Shown one piece after another: positions 12,501 to 25,137 of a DNA stretch of 64,000 bases (positions are counted from its first letter, which is position 1; every line of letters starts with the position of its first letter). The stretch is taken from the NCBI GenBank assembly GCA_038087875.1, contig CM075996.1, positions 10,232,001 through 10,296,000 of the forward strand, in the 5' to 3' direction. The DNA is from Malacoraja senta. Its lineage: Eukaryota. The notes under the pieces were generated by a model, which did no database searches, was not told the DNA's origin, and worked only from the letters and a program-made list of their open reading frames with translations. The position numbers were made by a program, and so were the translations under genes.

Positions 12501-13688
12501 CTGATCAAGGGCTCACACCCTCGGGAGAGGCAAGTCGGGAGCTCCAACGCCGCAGGTTCGTCCAGCCCCGACGCGAGGTTTGATCGCCTGGCGTGGGGGA
12601 GCTGATAACACCCCGATGCAGGAGCTGAACGCCTCGATGCGGAGGGCCCGAACGCCGCCGTCTACGGAACTCAAGACCATCCCGTCAATGGGGGGCTCGA
12701 GGCCCACGACCAAGGAAGAACAAGGGAAGGACTTGGAACTTTATTTTCGCCTTCCATCACAGTGAGGAATGTGTAGGAGTCACTGTGATGGATGTTTATG
12801 TTAAAATGTGTTTTTTGAGACTGTTGCTTTTTAAAATTGTATGACTGAACTGGCCAATGAATTTCACTACACCAATTGGTGTACGTGACAATAAATGAAC
12901 TTAGAGATATGAAAGTGAATTAGGTGTCAAATTAAACTTCTTTTTATGCTTTATCTGATGGGATAAATTGCAGACTTGATTTTTTTAATCTAAAAATTTT
13001 GTAACATTGCCATCTTGTGAGCACAGTGGAGATGTTTAACAGCCAAAACTGGTGTTAAGGAAGAAAAGGCAAACGAACAAAGGGTGAGATCACGATTACT
13101 TGAACACAGGAGAAATTTAAAGTTGGGATTTTGCTCGGTTTGGACAATCGGAGTTGTTTAAGGAGTAACAGGAAAGGAGAGTATGACGACATTTTGCCAA
13201 CGCCTGCTCCAAAATAGGAATTGAACAAAAACACATGAAAACAGCAGCCAGATGGTTAACACAACAACATTTGTGAAACCACTGACAGAAGGGCGTTAAA
13301 TTCGCTTTGCCTTATCCTCGGGGGGTGAAATTCAATTACGTTTTGCATTTGTTAAACGCTGAATTATTAAAGATAGATAATGAAAGCTGTTTACAACATT
13401 CACACTACGACATCAGACTCCCAGACAATATTTGTTCACCAGATTGGATGCCTCTGGAGTCTTGGTCGCTGCTGAACGTTACACCCGGGTTGTCCAGCTC
13501 GCTGGCGAGGAAGTCTAGTCCGTGAGATCGAGTTGGACGGGTGTCCGACCAGTAAAAACGGAGCATTTACACTTGGTATGAGTGTAAATTGTCCCGTGTG
13601 GGCGCAGAGACGGCTTCAGCAAATTACTCGCTTCATTTCCATTTTGCACAAAACAATCCTAGTCCCCTTTAAAAAAAAACTACCCTAA

Positions 13689-13996
13689 AGGGCCGTCATT
13701 CACGCGTCACGCAGATGACGCGCGAAGAAAAAAAAAAGCGTTCGGCACGGACTTGAAGGGCCGAGATGGCCTGTTTCCGTGCTGTTATGGTTATATGGTT
13801 ATATGGTTATTTTGTACATCACAAAATCCTGGGACGCCACGCGACCGCGTGTCACTGCCTATGTCACCAGGCACCATGCGCGCGTAATGCGTACCATGCG
13901 CGCATCACGTGCGTCACGACGCGCCGTCGTGCGTCGTGACGCGTAAATGATGTCGCGTAAATTACGCTCAAATGACGGCCAAGTGGGACAGGCCCT
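13689..13996. mobile_element. PIF/Harbinger-type MITE; left TIR internally deleted; contains a CR1 tail
   Basis: Right TIR tgacggccaagtgggacaggccct followed by TTA; left TAA+agggccgtcatt (loss of tgtcccacttggcc between GGCC repeats); CpG-rich cgcg/acgt interior. Confidence 0.6.
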
Positions 13997-14154
13997 TTAA
14001 TTTCTTCTGTGTAGTGAGTGAGAACCACTCCTCGACAATGTAAATACTCCGGCGGGTCAATCCTGGCGGACACATTCAGTTGATGTCACAAAAATGTCCA
14101 GTGTTAGAACCTGCAGCGTTTGAAATTTTTGGTCTTCTTTCTTCCCCAACATCC

Positions 14155-14710
14155 CACGAAGTTGATGAGGCCACATTTAGAGTATTGTGTTCAGTTCTGG
14201 CCACCAAGTTACAGGAAAAATTGTGTCAAGCTGGAAAGGGTACAGAGAACATTTATTGCATTGTTGCCAGGACTAGAGGGTCTGAGATATAGGGAGAGGT
14301 TGAGTAGGTTGGGACTCTATTCCTTGGAAAGCAGGAGGATGAGGGGTGATCTTATACAGTATAAAATCTAGTATAAAATTTAGTATAAAATCTAGTATAA
14401 AATCATGAGAGAAATAGAGTCTCTTGCCCAGAGGATATAGGTTTACAGTTAAGGGGGAAAGATTTAATAGTAAACTGAGGGGTAACTTGTTCACACAAAG
14501 GGTGGTTGGTGGATAAAACAAGTTGCCAGAGGAGGTAGTTGCAGCAGGGATTATCCCAACGTTTAAGATACAGTTAGACAGGTTCATGGATAGGACAGGT
14601 TTGGAGGAATATGGACCAAACGTGGGCAGGTGGGACAAGTGTTGCTTGGCATATTGGCCTATGGGTAAGTTGGGCTGAAGGGCTGTTTCCATGCTGTATC
14701 ACTATGACTC
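14155..14710 (+). mobile_element. CR1 LINE 3' fragment
   Basis: RPHLEYCVQFWPPSYRK...LERVQRTF...LGLYSLESRRMRGDLI. Confidence 0.85.
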
Positions 14711-15034
14711 CTTGACAAAGAGAGGAGAAGGAGTATCTAATCATGGGAAACAACAAGGTAACGGGAGGGGAATTGATTGCCATATCTGTGGAATTCTCTG
14801 CCACAGAAGCAGGGCTGCCAACTCTCACGCATTGAGCGTGATAATCACGCATTTCACCAAATTCTCACACTCTCATGCTGATCACAAATTTCTCACGCTC
14901 TGTCGTGAGAAACTCTGTGATCAACGAAAATTTCAAAACTCATATCAACTGCATGGGCCACAGGTGTTGGAGAGCAGGGGCTGAGAGAGGGATGGAAGCA
15001 GAAGCAGCGGCGGGGACGGTGCGGACATGGAGCC

Positions 15035-15121
15035 GAGGCTGGCAAGTGTTTGCCAGGCTAGCGAGTGTTTGCCAGGCTGGCGAGTGTTTGCCAGCTGACG
15101 AGTGTTTGCCGGGCTGGCAAG
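15035..15121 (+). repeat. 19-bp minisatellite, about 4.5 copies
   Basis: Unit ggctggcgagtgtttgcca. Confidence 0.85.
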
Positions 15122-15142
15122 TCGCTCGCTACAGCTCCGGCC

Positions 15143-15298
15143 ATGGAGCAGCCTCAGTGCAAGAGTCCCGGGCCGTCCGAGGCGTCGGAAATGTTGCGCG
15201 GCTGCTGTGAGAGTCTCTGTGCCGAATTGGCCCAGTTGACCGGCATGGATCAGGCTGCTGCTCGGTGCATCCTGGAGCACAACCAGTGGCTGCTGGAA
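15143..15298 (+). pseudogene. TDP2: TDP2-like N-terminal UBA-like domain fragment (exon-1-like), apparent splice donor mutated
   Basis: ESLCAELAQLTGMDQAAARCILEHNQWLLE resembles TDP2 LCxEFAxVxxxDxAVAQCxLxENDWxME; followed by GGAAGT where GTAAGT would be expected. Confidence 0.65.
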
Positions 15299-15394
15299 GG
15301 AAGTACCAGGGACTGGGAAGAAACGGTGGAAGATAGTGGCCTTCAAATGGGGGCGGTTGCAGAAAGCATTCAGCTTGCCTGCCTGATTTTCACT

Positions 15395-15750
15395 TACTGT
15401 AATGGCAGGAAAAATGTTCCCAATGTTGGGGGAGTTCAGAACCACGGCTCACAGTTTAAGAATAAAGGGTAGGCCAGTTAGGACTGAGATGAGGACAAAC
15501 TTTCTTCACGCAGAGAGTTGTGAATCTGTGGAATTCTCTGCCACAGAAGGCAGTGGAGGCCAATTCACTGGATGTTTTCAAGAGAGAGTTACATTTAGCA
15601 CTTGGGGCTAGTGAAATCAAGGGATATGGGGGAAAAACAGGAAAGAGGTACTGATTTTAGATGAAGAGCTATGATCATATTGCATGGCAGTGCTAGCTCG
15701 AAGGGCTGATTGGTCTATTCCTGCACCTATTTTCTATGTTTCTATGCTTG
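15395..15750 (+). mobile_element. CR1 3' fragment nested in the TIR element
   Basis: AGKMFPMLGEFRTTAHSLRIKG; tail cctgcacctattttctatgtttctatg. Confidence 0.85.
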
Positions 15751-17235
15751 AGAATATGGCAATAAAACTCGACCACTTGATTTTTAAGTATTCATGCATG
15801 GTGGAGGTATAATGTAGTCATAGAGTGATACAGTGTGAAAACAGGCCCTTCGGCGCAACTTTCCCACACACGACAACATGTCCCAGCTACACTACCTGCT
15901 TTTGGTCCATATCCCTCCAAACCTGTCCTATCCATGTATCAGTCTAACTGTTTCTTAAATGTTGGGATAGTCCCTGCCTCAACTACCTCCTCTGGCAGCT
16001 TGTTCCATACACCCACAACCCTTTGTGTGAAAATAGTTACCTCTGAAAAAGTTACCTCTTAAAAATACTTCAAACAAAAAACATTGAAATCATACTTGTA
16101 CAATGCACTAAAACATATTAAAATGTATGATTTTAATACATCAAATTTCAAAAAGTCCCTACCGTGGGAGGGGGGACACCCCCCTTTCACACACAGCCCC
16201 ACTCAGTTGCTCCACTCCCTCGCCAGGTACCCCCAAGGCCAGTGATCAGTCTTCTTCTTCGAGTCCGTTGCAATCTCAGATGTCGTTCTGCCAGTATCTG
16301 GCGCAGGTCACAGCTGGTCGAGTCGATTCAGCCAGGTCCTGGGGTGATCAGTGATCGCTCAGCGTTCCCACTTTCAAAAACACTCCGTGGCCCCTGGTTC
16401 AGACAGAGAGCACTGCCAGATGTGAGCGGGGAACTGAGGCCAGTTGTCCGTGATGTCTGGATCCCAATGCTCAGCGTTTCGTGTTTCTAGTTGGCTAATG
16501 TTATTGATTTTTAATTAGCCTGATTTGTAATTAGTTGACAAAACCTTAATTTATTAATCCAGAATATCCAGGGGGATGGGATAAGTGTAATATTAAAATG
16601 TCATGCAATGTGTCAAGCTGTCTGCCACAAAATACAGCCCCGATAACCCAAAGTCAAGCGACTTTGAGTCCTGAAAAGCGCTATATAAATAAAATCTATT
16701 ATTATTATTATTATTATTTCTCTCAGTTAAATATTGGGAAGTTAGCACTATTGTCATTTGCCACTCCACTATTACGTTTGTTTACCTCACTGAATATTTC
16801 CAACCCCCCCCCCCACAAAATCCCTTTGACATGTTGAATTGAAATGTCCCCAATCTCGTTGTTTTATTAATTGAACACGTAGATGACCATCCTCAAGGAG
16901 GGTAATCAGGTGGAAACTGATTCAGATACGACGTTTGTTCAAAGAAGGGGCATATTTTAAAGGAGTGACAGAGATACTTGCAGGGGAATGTGTTAGGAGG
17001 TTATTATATGTGTTTAGTTTTAGCTTGAACCAGGACATCTGAAGATTCAAAATTTAATACAGTAATTGTGCTGATACTGACTCCAACCAACCACGTAATG
17101 AATATCATCCATTCCAGAGGTTTTCTTTTTCTGATGCCATTTAAACTTCACTTGGATTTCAATCACTTCAATGTAAAAGTAATTGGGAATGGGGAGCATT
17201 GGAACAAAAACTTGCCCTCGGTACATATTAACAAG

Positions 17236-17995
17236 AGTCAAGAGTCAAGAGTCAAGAGTGTTTTATTGTCATATGCCCTGGATGGGACAATGAAATTCTT
17301 ACTTGCTGCAGCACAGAATATGTGAATATGCAAACTTTGTATATAACGGGAAAAGAAAAAGTTCAATGAATAACAGATAAAGTGCAAATAACAAATAATA
17401 ATATTTTTTTTTGCAGTTCAGAGCTCATAGCTTATTTGTTGTGTTTAATAGCCTGATGGCTGTGGGGAAGCAGCTGTTCCTGAACCTGGACCTTACAGTC
17501 TTCAGGCTCCTGTACCTTCTTCCTGATGGAAGAGGTGAGATAAGTGTGTGGCCAGGATGGTGTGGGTCCTTGATGATTTTGGCTGCCTTTTTGAGGCAGC
17601 GACTACAACAGATCCCTTCGACGGTGGGGAGGTCAAAGCCGGTGATGGACTGGGCAGTGATCACAACTTTTTGAAGTCCTTTTTGCTCCTGGACATTAAA
17701 GTTGCCGAACCGGGCCACGATGCAACCAGTCAGAATGCTCTCTACCATGCATCTGTAGAAGTTTAGGGGAATCCTCTTTGACATGCCGAATCTTCGTAAT
17801 CTTCTCAGGAAGTAGAGTCGATGATGTGCATTCTTTACAATTGCATCGGTGTGCTGGGTCCAGGAAAGGTCTTCTGATATATGCACGCCCAGGAATTTGA
17901 AGTTATTGACCCTCTCCACCATTGTCCCATTGATATAAACAGGATTGTGGGTCTTCATCCTTCCCCTACCAAAGTCCACAATCAGTTCCTTGGTC
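17236..17995 (-). mobile_element. Rex1/Babar-like LINE 3' portion
   Basis: TKELIVDF...VERVNNFKFLGVHISEDLSW...RLYFLRRLRRFG...HPGHTLISPLPSGRRYRS...RFRNSCFPTAIRLLN; (caagagt)n tail. Confidence 0.85.
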
Positions 17996-19589
17996 TGTAA
18001 TATAATAATGTATGCATGTTGGTAGGTGCAATCTTTACAATTGCATCGGTGATATTTTTTAATCATTGTTGTGTTATAAATACCACAGAAAATATGATGT
18101 ATTCTCAAGATCACATTTCGTAGAATAATATTCCTTAAATATATAGTTATTGGACTTTGCATTTCCGAACAGTCCCAGCTGAGAGGAAGACAGCAAAATA
18201 CTGAAAATGTTGGGGGTGAAAATCACTTCAGGACAGTTTGTTAGGAAAATGAAGGAAATGGTAACAGAATACTTATACAGCTGAGTGAGTGTAATTTTAT
18301 GGATGAGAAATTTTGTTCAACCAATTGATTACTTCTTTGACAAAGTAACTAGCATGTTAGATAACAAGGAAGCCAATGGATGTAGTAAATTTTGTTATAC
18401 AAAATTTGGTCTGTGATGGGCCCCATAAAAGATTACCACATTAGATAAGCATCTGTGGACTTGAACGTAAAACGTTAAGTCCAGGGGGTCAGATATGAGG
18501 CTTTATGCGTGCATCAGATATATTGTCAATGCAGAGGGGCTAGAAGCAAGGCCAAGTGTGCATCCAGAGTCAAGGTCTGGAATAGCACTAGGTGTGCAGT
18601 CAAAGCTGGGACAATGCAAGTGTTCAGCACTGGGAACCTAAGCAGGTAAGCAGCTATGATCAGGGTAGAATAGGGGACCAGGTGTAAGGCTGGACTCAGG
18701 GTCAGGAATGAGAGAAGGTATGCAACTGGAGTCAGGGTCAGGAGTAGTACCAGGTGTGCAGTGAGACCCAGGTTGGTCAACATGGGCCAAAGGTGTGATT
18801 ATAATCTGATTTCCATACATTAATACACTAAGATCATTCATGTGCTGCACCTATTGATCAGAGCCGGGCTCTACTGTGGAATGTAATTAGGAATGTAATT
18901 TAGACTAACCTTATTCATAGCTAATCCTATTTAAAGCATAAATATTGCATTCAAGTGTAAGTTAAAAGACTCGCTACAGTATGCACCAGATTGCACAATT
19001 TAAAACTGAAAAAATACAAAAACTCCATACCAATGGGAGGGGGGGACACCCCCTCCCACACCCTCACCCCCCCCCCCTCAGTTGCTATGCTCCCTCGGGC
19101 TTGGTCTCTCGCAATTTCTCACTCCCAACTCTCACCCAATGTTGGCAGCCCTGCAGAAGGCAGTGGAAGCCAATTCACCGGAGAGAGAGTTGGTGGAGTG
19201 GCGAATTCACTGAAGGAGAGGCCAATTCAAGAGAGAGTTAGATTTAGCTCATAGGGCTAACGGAATCAAGGGATATGGAGAGAAAGCAGGAATGGGTTAC
19301 TGATTCTGCATGGTCAGCCATGATCATAATGAATGGCGGTGCTGCATGGAAGGTATTCCTGCACCTCATTTTATGATTTTATGTTTTATGTTTCTATATC
19401 TAGAAATGAAAAACAGTCCCATAAATATTTTTCTATCCAACGGTACACAAACAGTGCCTAAGGCAGAGCAGGAGCAGTAAACAGGTCTGGGGTAATATAC
19501 AATTAATGTACAATGTGGGGTTACTTGGGCACTGACCTCATATGTAATTGTTTGAAGATTACCTTGAAGATGATAGAAAATAGCATAAG

Positions 19590-20285
19590 AAATCAGACAC
19601 AAAATGCTGGAATAACTCAGGCAGCATCTCTGGAGAAAAAGAATGGGTGACGTTTCGGGTCGAGACCCTTCTTAAAACTATTTAGCGAAAATGGAAATGA
19701 GAGGTATAAATGAGGATGTTGAGAGATAGAGAACAATGAATGAAAGATATGCAAAAAAGTAATGATCATAAAGGCCATTGTTAGCTGTTGGTTAGCTGAA
19801 AACGAGAAGCTAGTGCGACTTGGGTGGGGGAGGGATGGAGTGAGAGGGAATGCTGGGGTTACTTGAAGTTAGAGAAATCAACAATTAGGCTGAAAGCCGC
19901 CCAAGCGTAATATCAAGTTCAAGTTTGCGTTTATTCTCACTTAACCAACAGTGAATACAGTGAAATTTGAGGTACCATACAGCCACAGTAAGTGAAAGCA
20001 ATGATACAAATATGAGGTGCTGTTCCTCCAATTTGCATTTAGCATTAATCTAACAATGGAGGAGACCAAGGACAGAAAGGTCAGTGTAGGAATGGGAAGG
20101 AAAATTAAAGTGTTTAGCAACCGGGAGATCAGGTAGTTCCAGGCCGACTGAGCGATGGTGTTGAGTGAAATGATCGCCCAGTCTACGTTTTGTTTAGCCG
20201 ATGTACAAGGGTCCTCATCTTGAACAATGGACACAGTAGATCAGATTGGATGAGGTGTAAGTGAACCTCCGCCTAACCTGAAAGG
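19590..20285 (-). mobile_element. Penelope-like element fragment (GIY-YIG region and terminal repeat)
   Basis: Reverse complement of the family seen at 35880-36410. Confidence 0.7.
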
Positions 20286-20634
20286 AAGAAAAGGTTTAAA
20301 CCAGCATCTGCAGGTCCTTCTTACACAATATTTAGAATAGATCATTGTTACCGAGGAGAAGGTGACAACGAAGCGTCCAGAGATAAAATTTAATCAGGGG
20401 ACTGTCAGACTGGTCAGAGAACTTCAAGTCAAGTCAAGTGAGTTTATTGTCATGTGTCCCTGGTAGGACAATGAAATTCTTGCTTGGCTTGAGCACAACA
20501 GAACATAGTAGGCATTTACTACAAGGCATTCTATAAATATATACACTTGGAAGGGGGTGGGGTGGAGAGAGAGGGAAAACAAGGGTTATGAAGTTAGAGG
20601 TCAATATTCAGTATTCAATATAACAGAGGTAGTG

Positions 20635-21330
20635 TCACAGCAGTTTTTTGCGAGCCGCCATTATCATCGTTCGAGGCAACATCACTCGCCTCCCTCCCTC
20701 GAACGGTTCCATATTTGTTTTTGTGTGTGGGCTTGGCCCTGTGCCATTTGGACTGTCTATGTCTGTGTGGTATTTTGTTTAATTGTTTTGTTTAATTGTA
20801 GTGCCTGATGTCATGCAGGGTCAGTGTTCTGGGGGATCGGGGCCTCCCAGAGCTATGCAAAAACCCTTTCTGGCTTAAGTCCTCCCTCCACCACCTCCAG
20901 TTTAAATTCCATTTGGGATATTTTGGAGGACCAAGAAACCAAGAACCAAGAAAAGGCGGCTGCTTCAGCTGCTTCGGCTGCTCCGCTTGGGGCCCGGTTC
21001 CCCATGAAGAACATGCCTTTTGAGCATGGGATAAGGTGCTACTTGCCCCTCCAGATGACCCTGGTGGACTGCACTGCTGCCATGGCCATGGTGGCGGCAG
21101 CCAAGCCCACAGGCATCCTGTATGTGGGTAAGATGATCGGGAAGGCCGTGTTCTTCCTCGAGTCCATTGAGGGGGTGAACGCGGCTGTGAATAAATGGAT
21201 CTTAGTGGGGGAAACATTCCTGCAGGTCGAGCCCTTGGCGACCACCGCGCAGCGGGTGGTCCTGTCCAACGTCCTGCCCTGCATCACAAATGAGGCCCTC
21301 CTTCCCCACCTTCACACCCTGGGGAAGGTC
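20635..21330 (+). mobile_element. Tx1-clade 5' UTR and ORF1 N-terminal fragment
   Basis: ORF 20824-21468: HGIRC...KMIGKAVFFL...ETFLQVEPLATTAQRVVLSNVLPCITNEALLPHLHTLGKV, typical of Tx1 ORF1. Confidence 0.75.
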
Positions 21331-23189
21331 CTCACGGACATCCAGAAGGAGTCTAAAGAAGGGTCTCTACCCGAAACGTCACCCAAATTCTTCTATCCAG
21401 ATTTGCTGGCTGCTCCATGGAGTTCCCCCGCACAATTAAAGCATGAAATAGTCTTCACCCTACCATAGTTACCCAACCAGATGCAACTAAATTTAAGATA
21501 CCTCTTTTTTCCCCAAGAACCATTTTTTGCTTAAGTCCAAGTCAAGAGTCAAGAGAGTTTTATTGTCATGTGTCCCAGATAGGACAATGAAATTTTAATT
21601 CGGAGTCACGTGAGTGACTACGTGAAGAAGCCCCGTCCAGCCGCACACGCGTCATTATCGATCAGACGCATAGCGTTCATGACCGTGTGTGGAGGAGCAG
21701 GAGCTCCTCCAGCCGGTGAGTAAAACAAAAGTAAAACAAAAGTCGGAAGGTAAGTGGAGTTACTTTTCACTTACAGGAGCGTTTCCTTCCCGTTTAGACT
21801 TGTTTGGTGGAGCTCCACACAAGTTTATTATGGAGAAATGGGAAGGAGAGGCGGCCAGGGAGGCACCGTAGTAAAACCCCAGATCCTAAGGGTAGCGGGC
21901 GTCAGTCAGGGGAGTCAGTGGCAGCGAAGCCATTAACTCCCGTTGTGGTCGAATGTGCGTTAAACTGCCATGGGCGGGCGCAAGGCTGAAAAAAAAAATC
22001 GGCCCGACCTGTAGACTCGGATGAGTCAGACCCGGAGGTATGCCCTCCTCAGGCAGGAAAGAGTATTACACTGCAAGGGTCAAAAACCTTTTTAACGCCT
22101 TATGGGGCAGATGATTTGTAAAGAACCCCCACAGGAGGATTTAAGTCGGTGTTGGCCAATGAAATATAGCACAGGAGGTGCCTTGGAACAGGCACAAGGG
22201 TGGCCTACAGGAGAGCCATCAGTGCCTGTGCAGAAACATTAAACAGGTTGGCCTACAGGAGAGCCAGTGCCCAAAAATGCCAGAAAAAAGGCAAGTTATG
22301 TGTTGGCCTATTGGAGAGCCAGTACTAGAAATGCCTGAACAAAAGGCAGCACAAACGTGCAATGATAAATGTGCCAGCACCGACAAATATAAAGAGTAAA
22401 AATAAGAGTAGGCTGCCTGTCCGTGGGCCTACAAGAGAGCCTGCGCAGGGGGAATCTGGCAGAGACTTACCTGAAACAGGGGAGCCAGAAATTACCCAAC
22501 ATAAAAATGAATATCTAGAGTTAGATGATGATTTAAATAAGGACCAGAGCCCATTATCAGAGCCAAAAATGTTCCAAGGCTGGCACAAAACTTTGCTGTT
22601 CCCAGAGTAACAGGGGAACCTTTGAGAGAGGAAATAGCTATGACTATAAATTATCTACTCTCCCATCAGCCCAGGAATTAACCATGGATGAGACTATCAA
22701 AAAATATGAGACCCGGGAAATTGGAGCAGTGGTTTACGCTCACAAGAATTGAAATTACACAAGTGCTGAAATTTCTGGGGTCAGTGGTTTGGATGAAGGT
22801 TATATATCGTATTCACAACAAAATGTAGCACTCATGTGTAGTGCGCACTTTGAAATAAATTGTATTCATAAAAATGCAATAAGACCAAATATGCATCCTA
22901 AGTATGCAGGCTCTGCAAACCATGCAATATACAAATGCCTAAATCTGTTTTGGAGAAAATCTAGCAAAGAAACTAAAGGATCACCTATGCTGAGCAGAGC
23001 GGTGAGAAGGCAGTATCCCTACAGGCGAAATGTGGTGCTGGAGAAGGAACAATCCTATCATTCTCGTATACACGTTGACGTGCTGCACCGAGGATACGTG
23101 GAGGTTATAATGTGCCTACTAGAAGGGGTCAACAAGTGTCGGTGGCAAACCCCGAGGTTAGGGGGCTTGGTCTGGTAAGAAACACAACA

Positions 23190-24634
23190 AATGTTTCACA
23201 CTCACAAATAGGGGGGAGGTTACGATTCTTCCTAAAAGAATGGCAATCAATAACAAATGATTCATTTATTCTATGTAGCATTGTAGGATTCAAAATTGAG
23301 TTCTCTCCACGTTTGGATCCTCCAATTCAGCATAATTCAAACTGGTCACGGATTTTTCTCAAAGGAAGAGAATGGGTTGATCAAAGGAGAATTGAAAAAC
23401 TTTATGCAGAAAAGGATGATATAAATGTCAGGAGAACAACACCATCAGTTTGTGTCAAATATTCTCCTAGGAATATTATCCTAGAAAAGGGATGGTGGAC
23501 ATAGAATCATTTCCAATCTGACAAATCTTAACCGTTATGTACAATAGAAACATTTCAAAATGGAAACATTTACTAATGCCATTTAGCTAGTCACAAAGAA
23601 TTGCTACAAGGCAAGCATAGATCTGCAAAATGCATATTATTCTGTGGCAATGCATGGTAATGATCAAAGATATTTGAAATTTAGATGGATGAGTCAGTTA
23701 TGGCAATTTAAAGCATTGCCCAATGGTCTGATTTCAGACCAAGATTATTCACTAAATTGCTCAAACCAAATTTTAGCTCTGTTAAGAGCTGAGGGCCATG
23801 TATTAATGGCTTATTTAGATGATATCCTCATTGTAGGGGACACTTTGGCTGCTGCAAAATTGTCAGTATCCAGAGTCAAATACATTTTGAGAAATTAGGT
23901 TTCATTATTCACCTACAAAAATCTAAATTGTTACCAAGCAAAAAGATTGATTACCTAGGGTTCACAATTAACTCCGAACACATGGTAATCACTTTGCCAA
24001 AAGATAAAAAGCTGCAGTTAATTGAAGGTTGCATAAAACCCATTAACGAGGACACACCTTCAATTATAGAAGTGGCAAGCTTGCTAGGCAAATTAATTAC
24101 AGGGTTTCCAGCAGTCACGTTTGGACCATTGCATTATCAATGTTTACAGAGAGCTAAGGTACAAGCGTTAAAAATGAATAGAGGGCATTTTGATAGGCCC
24201 ATGAAATTAACAATTCAATCCATTACAGAAATAGAATGGTGGATTAACAATGTTTCTAATGCTTCCAGAAAAGTTCTGGTAGAAACACCTTCCGTCACAC
24301 TACAGACTGATGTAAGTGTGCTGAGTTGGGCGCTAATAACATGATTTCCAGCTGTGGAGGTAGGTGGAATGTGAATGAAGTACCTTTGCTGGAAAATCTG
24401 GGAATCAATTATCTAGAGCTATTATGCACATTTTACGGCCTTAGAGCTTATTGCACTGATATGGAAAATGTGCTTGTTCAGGTACAGGTTGACAATACTA
24501 CAGCTGTAGAATACATAAATCACATGGGTGGTATAAAATCAGAATCATGTGATAAATTGGCAAATGAAATTTGGACCTGGGGTATTGCCAGAAAAATTTG
24601 GCTGTCAGCAATATATTTACCAGGTAAAAATTAA
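23190..24634 (+). pseudogene. DIRS reverse transcriptase / RNase H (frameshifted)
   Basis: IGGRLRFFLKEW; WQFKALPNGL; AYLDDILIVG; IDYLGFTINS; LQTD; INYLEL; DNTTAVEYINHMGG. Confidence 0.9.
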
Positions 24635-24962
24635 TACAATTGCAGACAAAAGATCACGTAAATTTAATGATAATACAGAATGGATGTTAAATCGGAAAAT
24701 GTTCACACAAATTATCACACAATCTGGAATGCCAGAAATTGATCTGGTTGCATCAAGATTGAACCACCAGTTGACTAAGTATTTGTCATGGGAACCTGAT
24801 CCTGGAGCAGTAGTGGTGGATGCTTTCTCGCTACATTGGGGTGGTATGTTTCTGTATGCTTTTCCACCATTTTGTTTAATCCACAAATGCATACAGAAAA
24901 TTAATCAAGATTCAGCCTCAGGGATTTTGGTAGTACCAGATTGGCCTACACAGGTATGGTAG
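24620..24962 (+). pseudogene. DIRS Dam-like (N6-adenine) methyltransferase domain
   Basis: PEIDLVASRLN...DAFSLHWGGMFLYAFPPF...ILVVPDWPTQVW. Confidence 0.8.
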
Positions 24963-25137
24963 CCACTGGTGTTAAAAATGATCAAAAAAAACCCTTATGG
25001 TTATTCCAAAGCAGATTAAACTGCTTGTACACCCTGTGACTAATGAATCACATCCTTTACATAATCGTATTGGTTTGTTGATTTGCAGATTCTAAGAAGG
25101 CATATCTTGGAAAAGGATTATCAGACAGACAGATGTT

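Larger units (their letters stand above)
14810..19153. mobile_element. Non-autonomous TIR DNA transposon (hAT-like, 6-bp TSD) with captured gene fragment and nested LINE pieces
   Basis: Perfect 13-bp TIRs CAGGGCTGCCAAC/GTTGGCAGCCCTG; TSD CAGAAG at 14804-14809 and 19154-19159; removing it restores the CR1 sequence ctctgccacagaaggcagtgga; subterminal TCTCAC repeats. Confidence 0.85.

Noticed and set aside
16235..16400. Possible second captured coding fragment (minus-strand TWLNRLD, HECT-like) and an inner TIR end
   Set aside because: Similarity is only a few residues with an immediate stop; no matching partner TIR with TSD found.
18526..18790. Hydrophobic 85-aa ORF
   Set aside because: Derives from a degenerate tandem repeat (caggtgtgcagtcagggtcagg-like); no splice or homology support.
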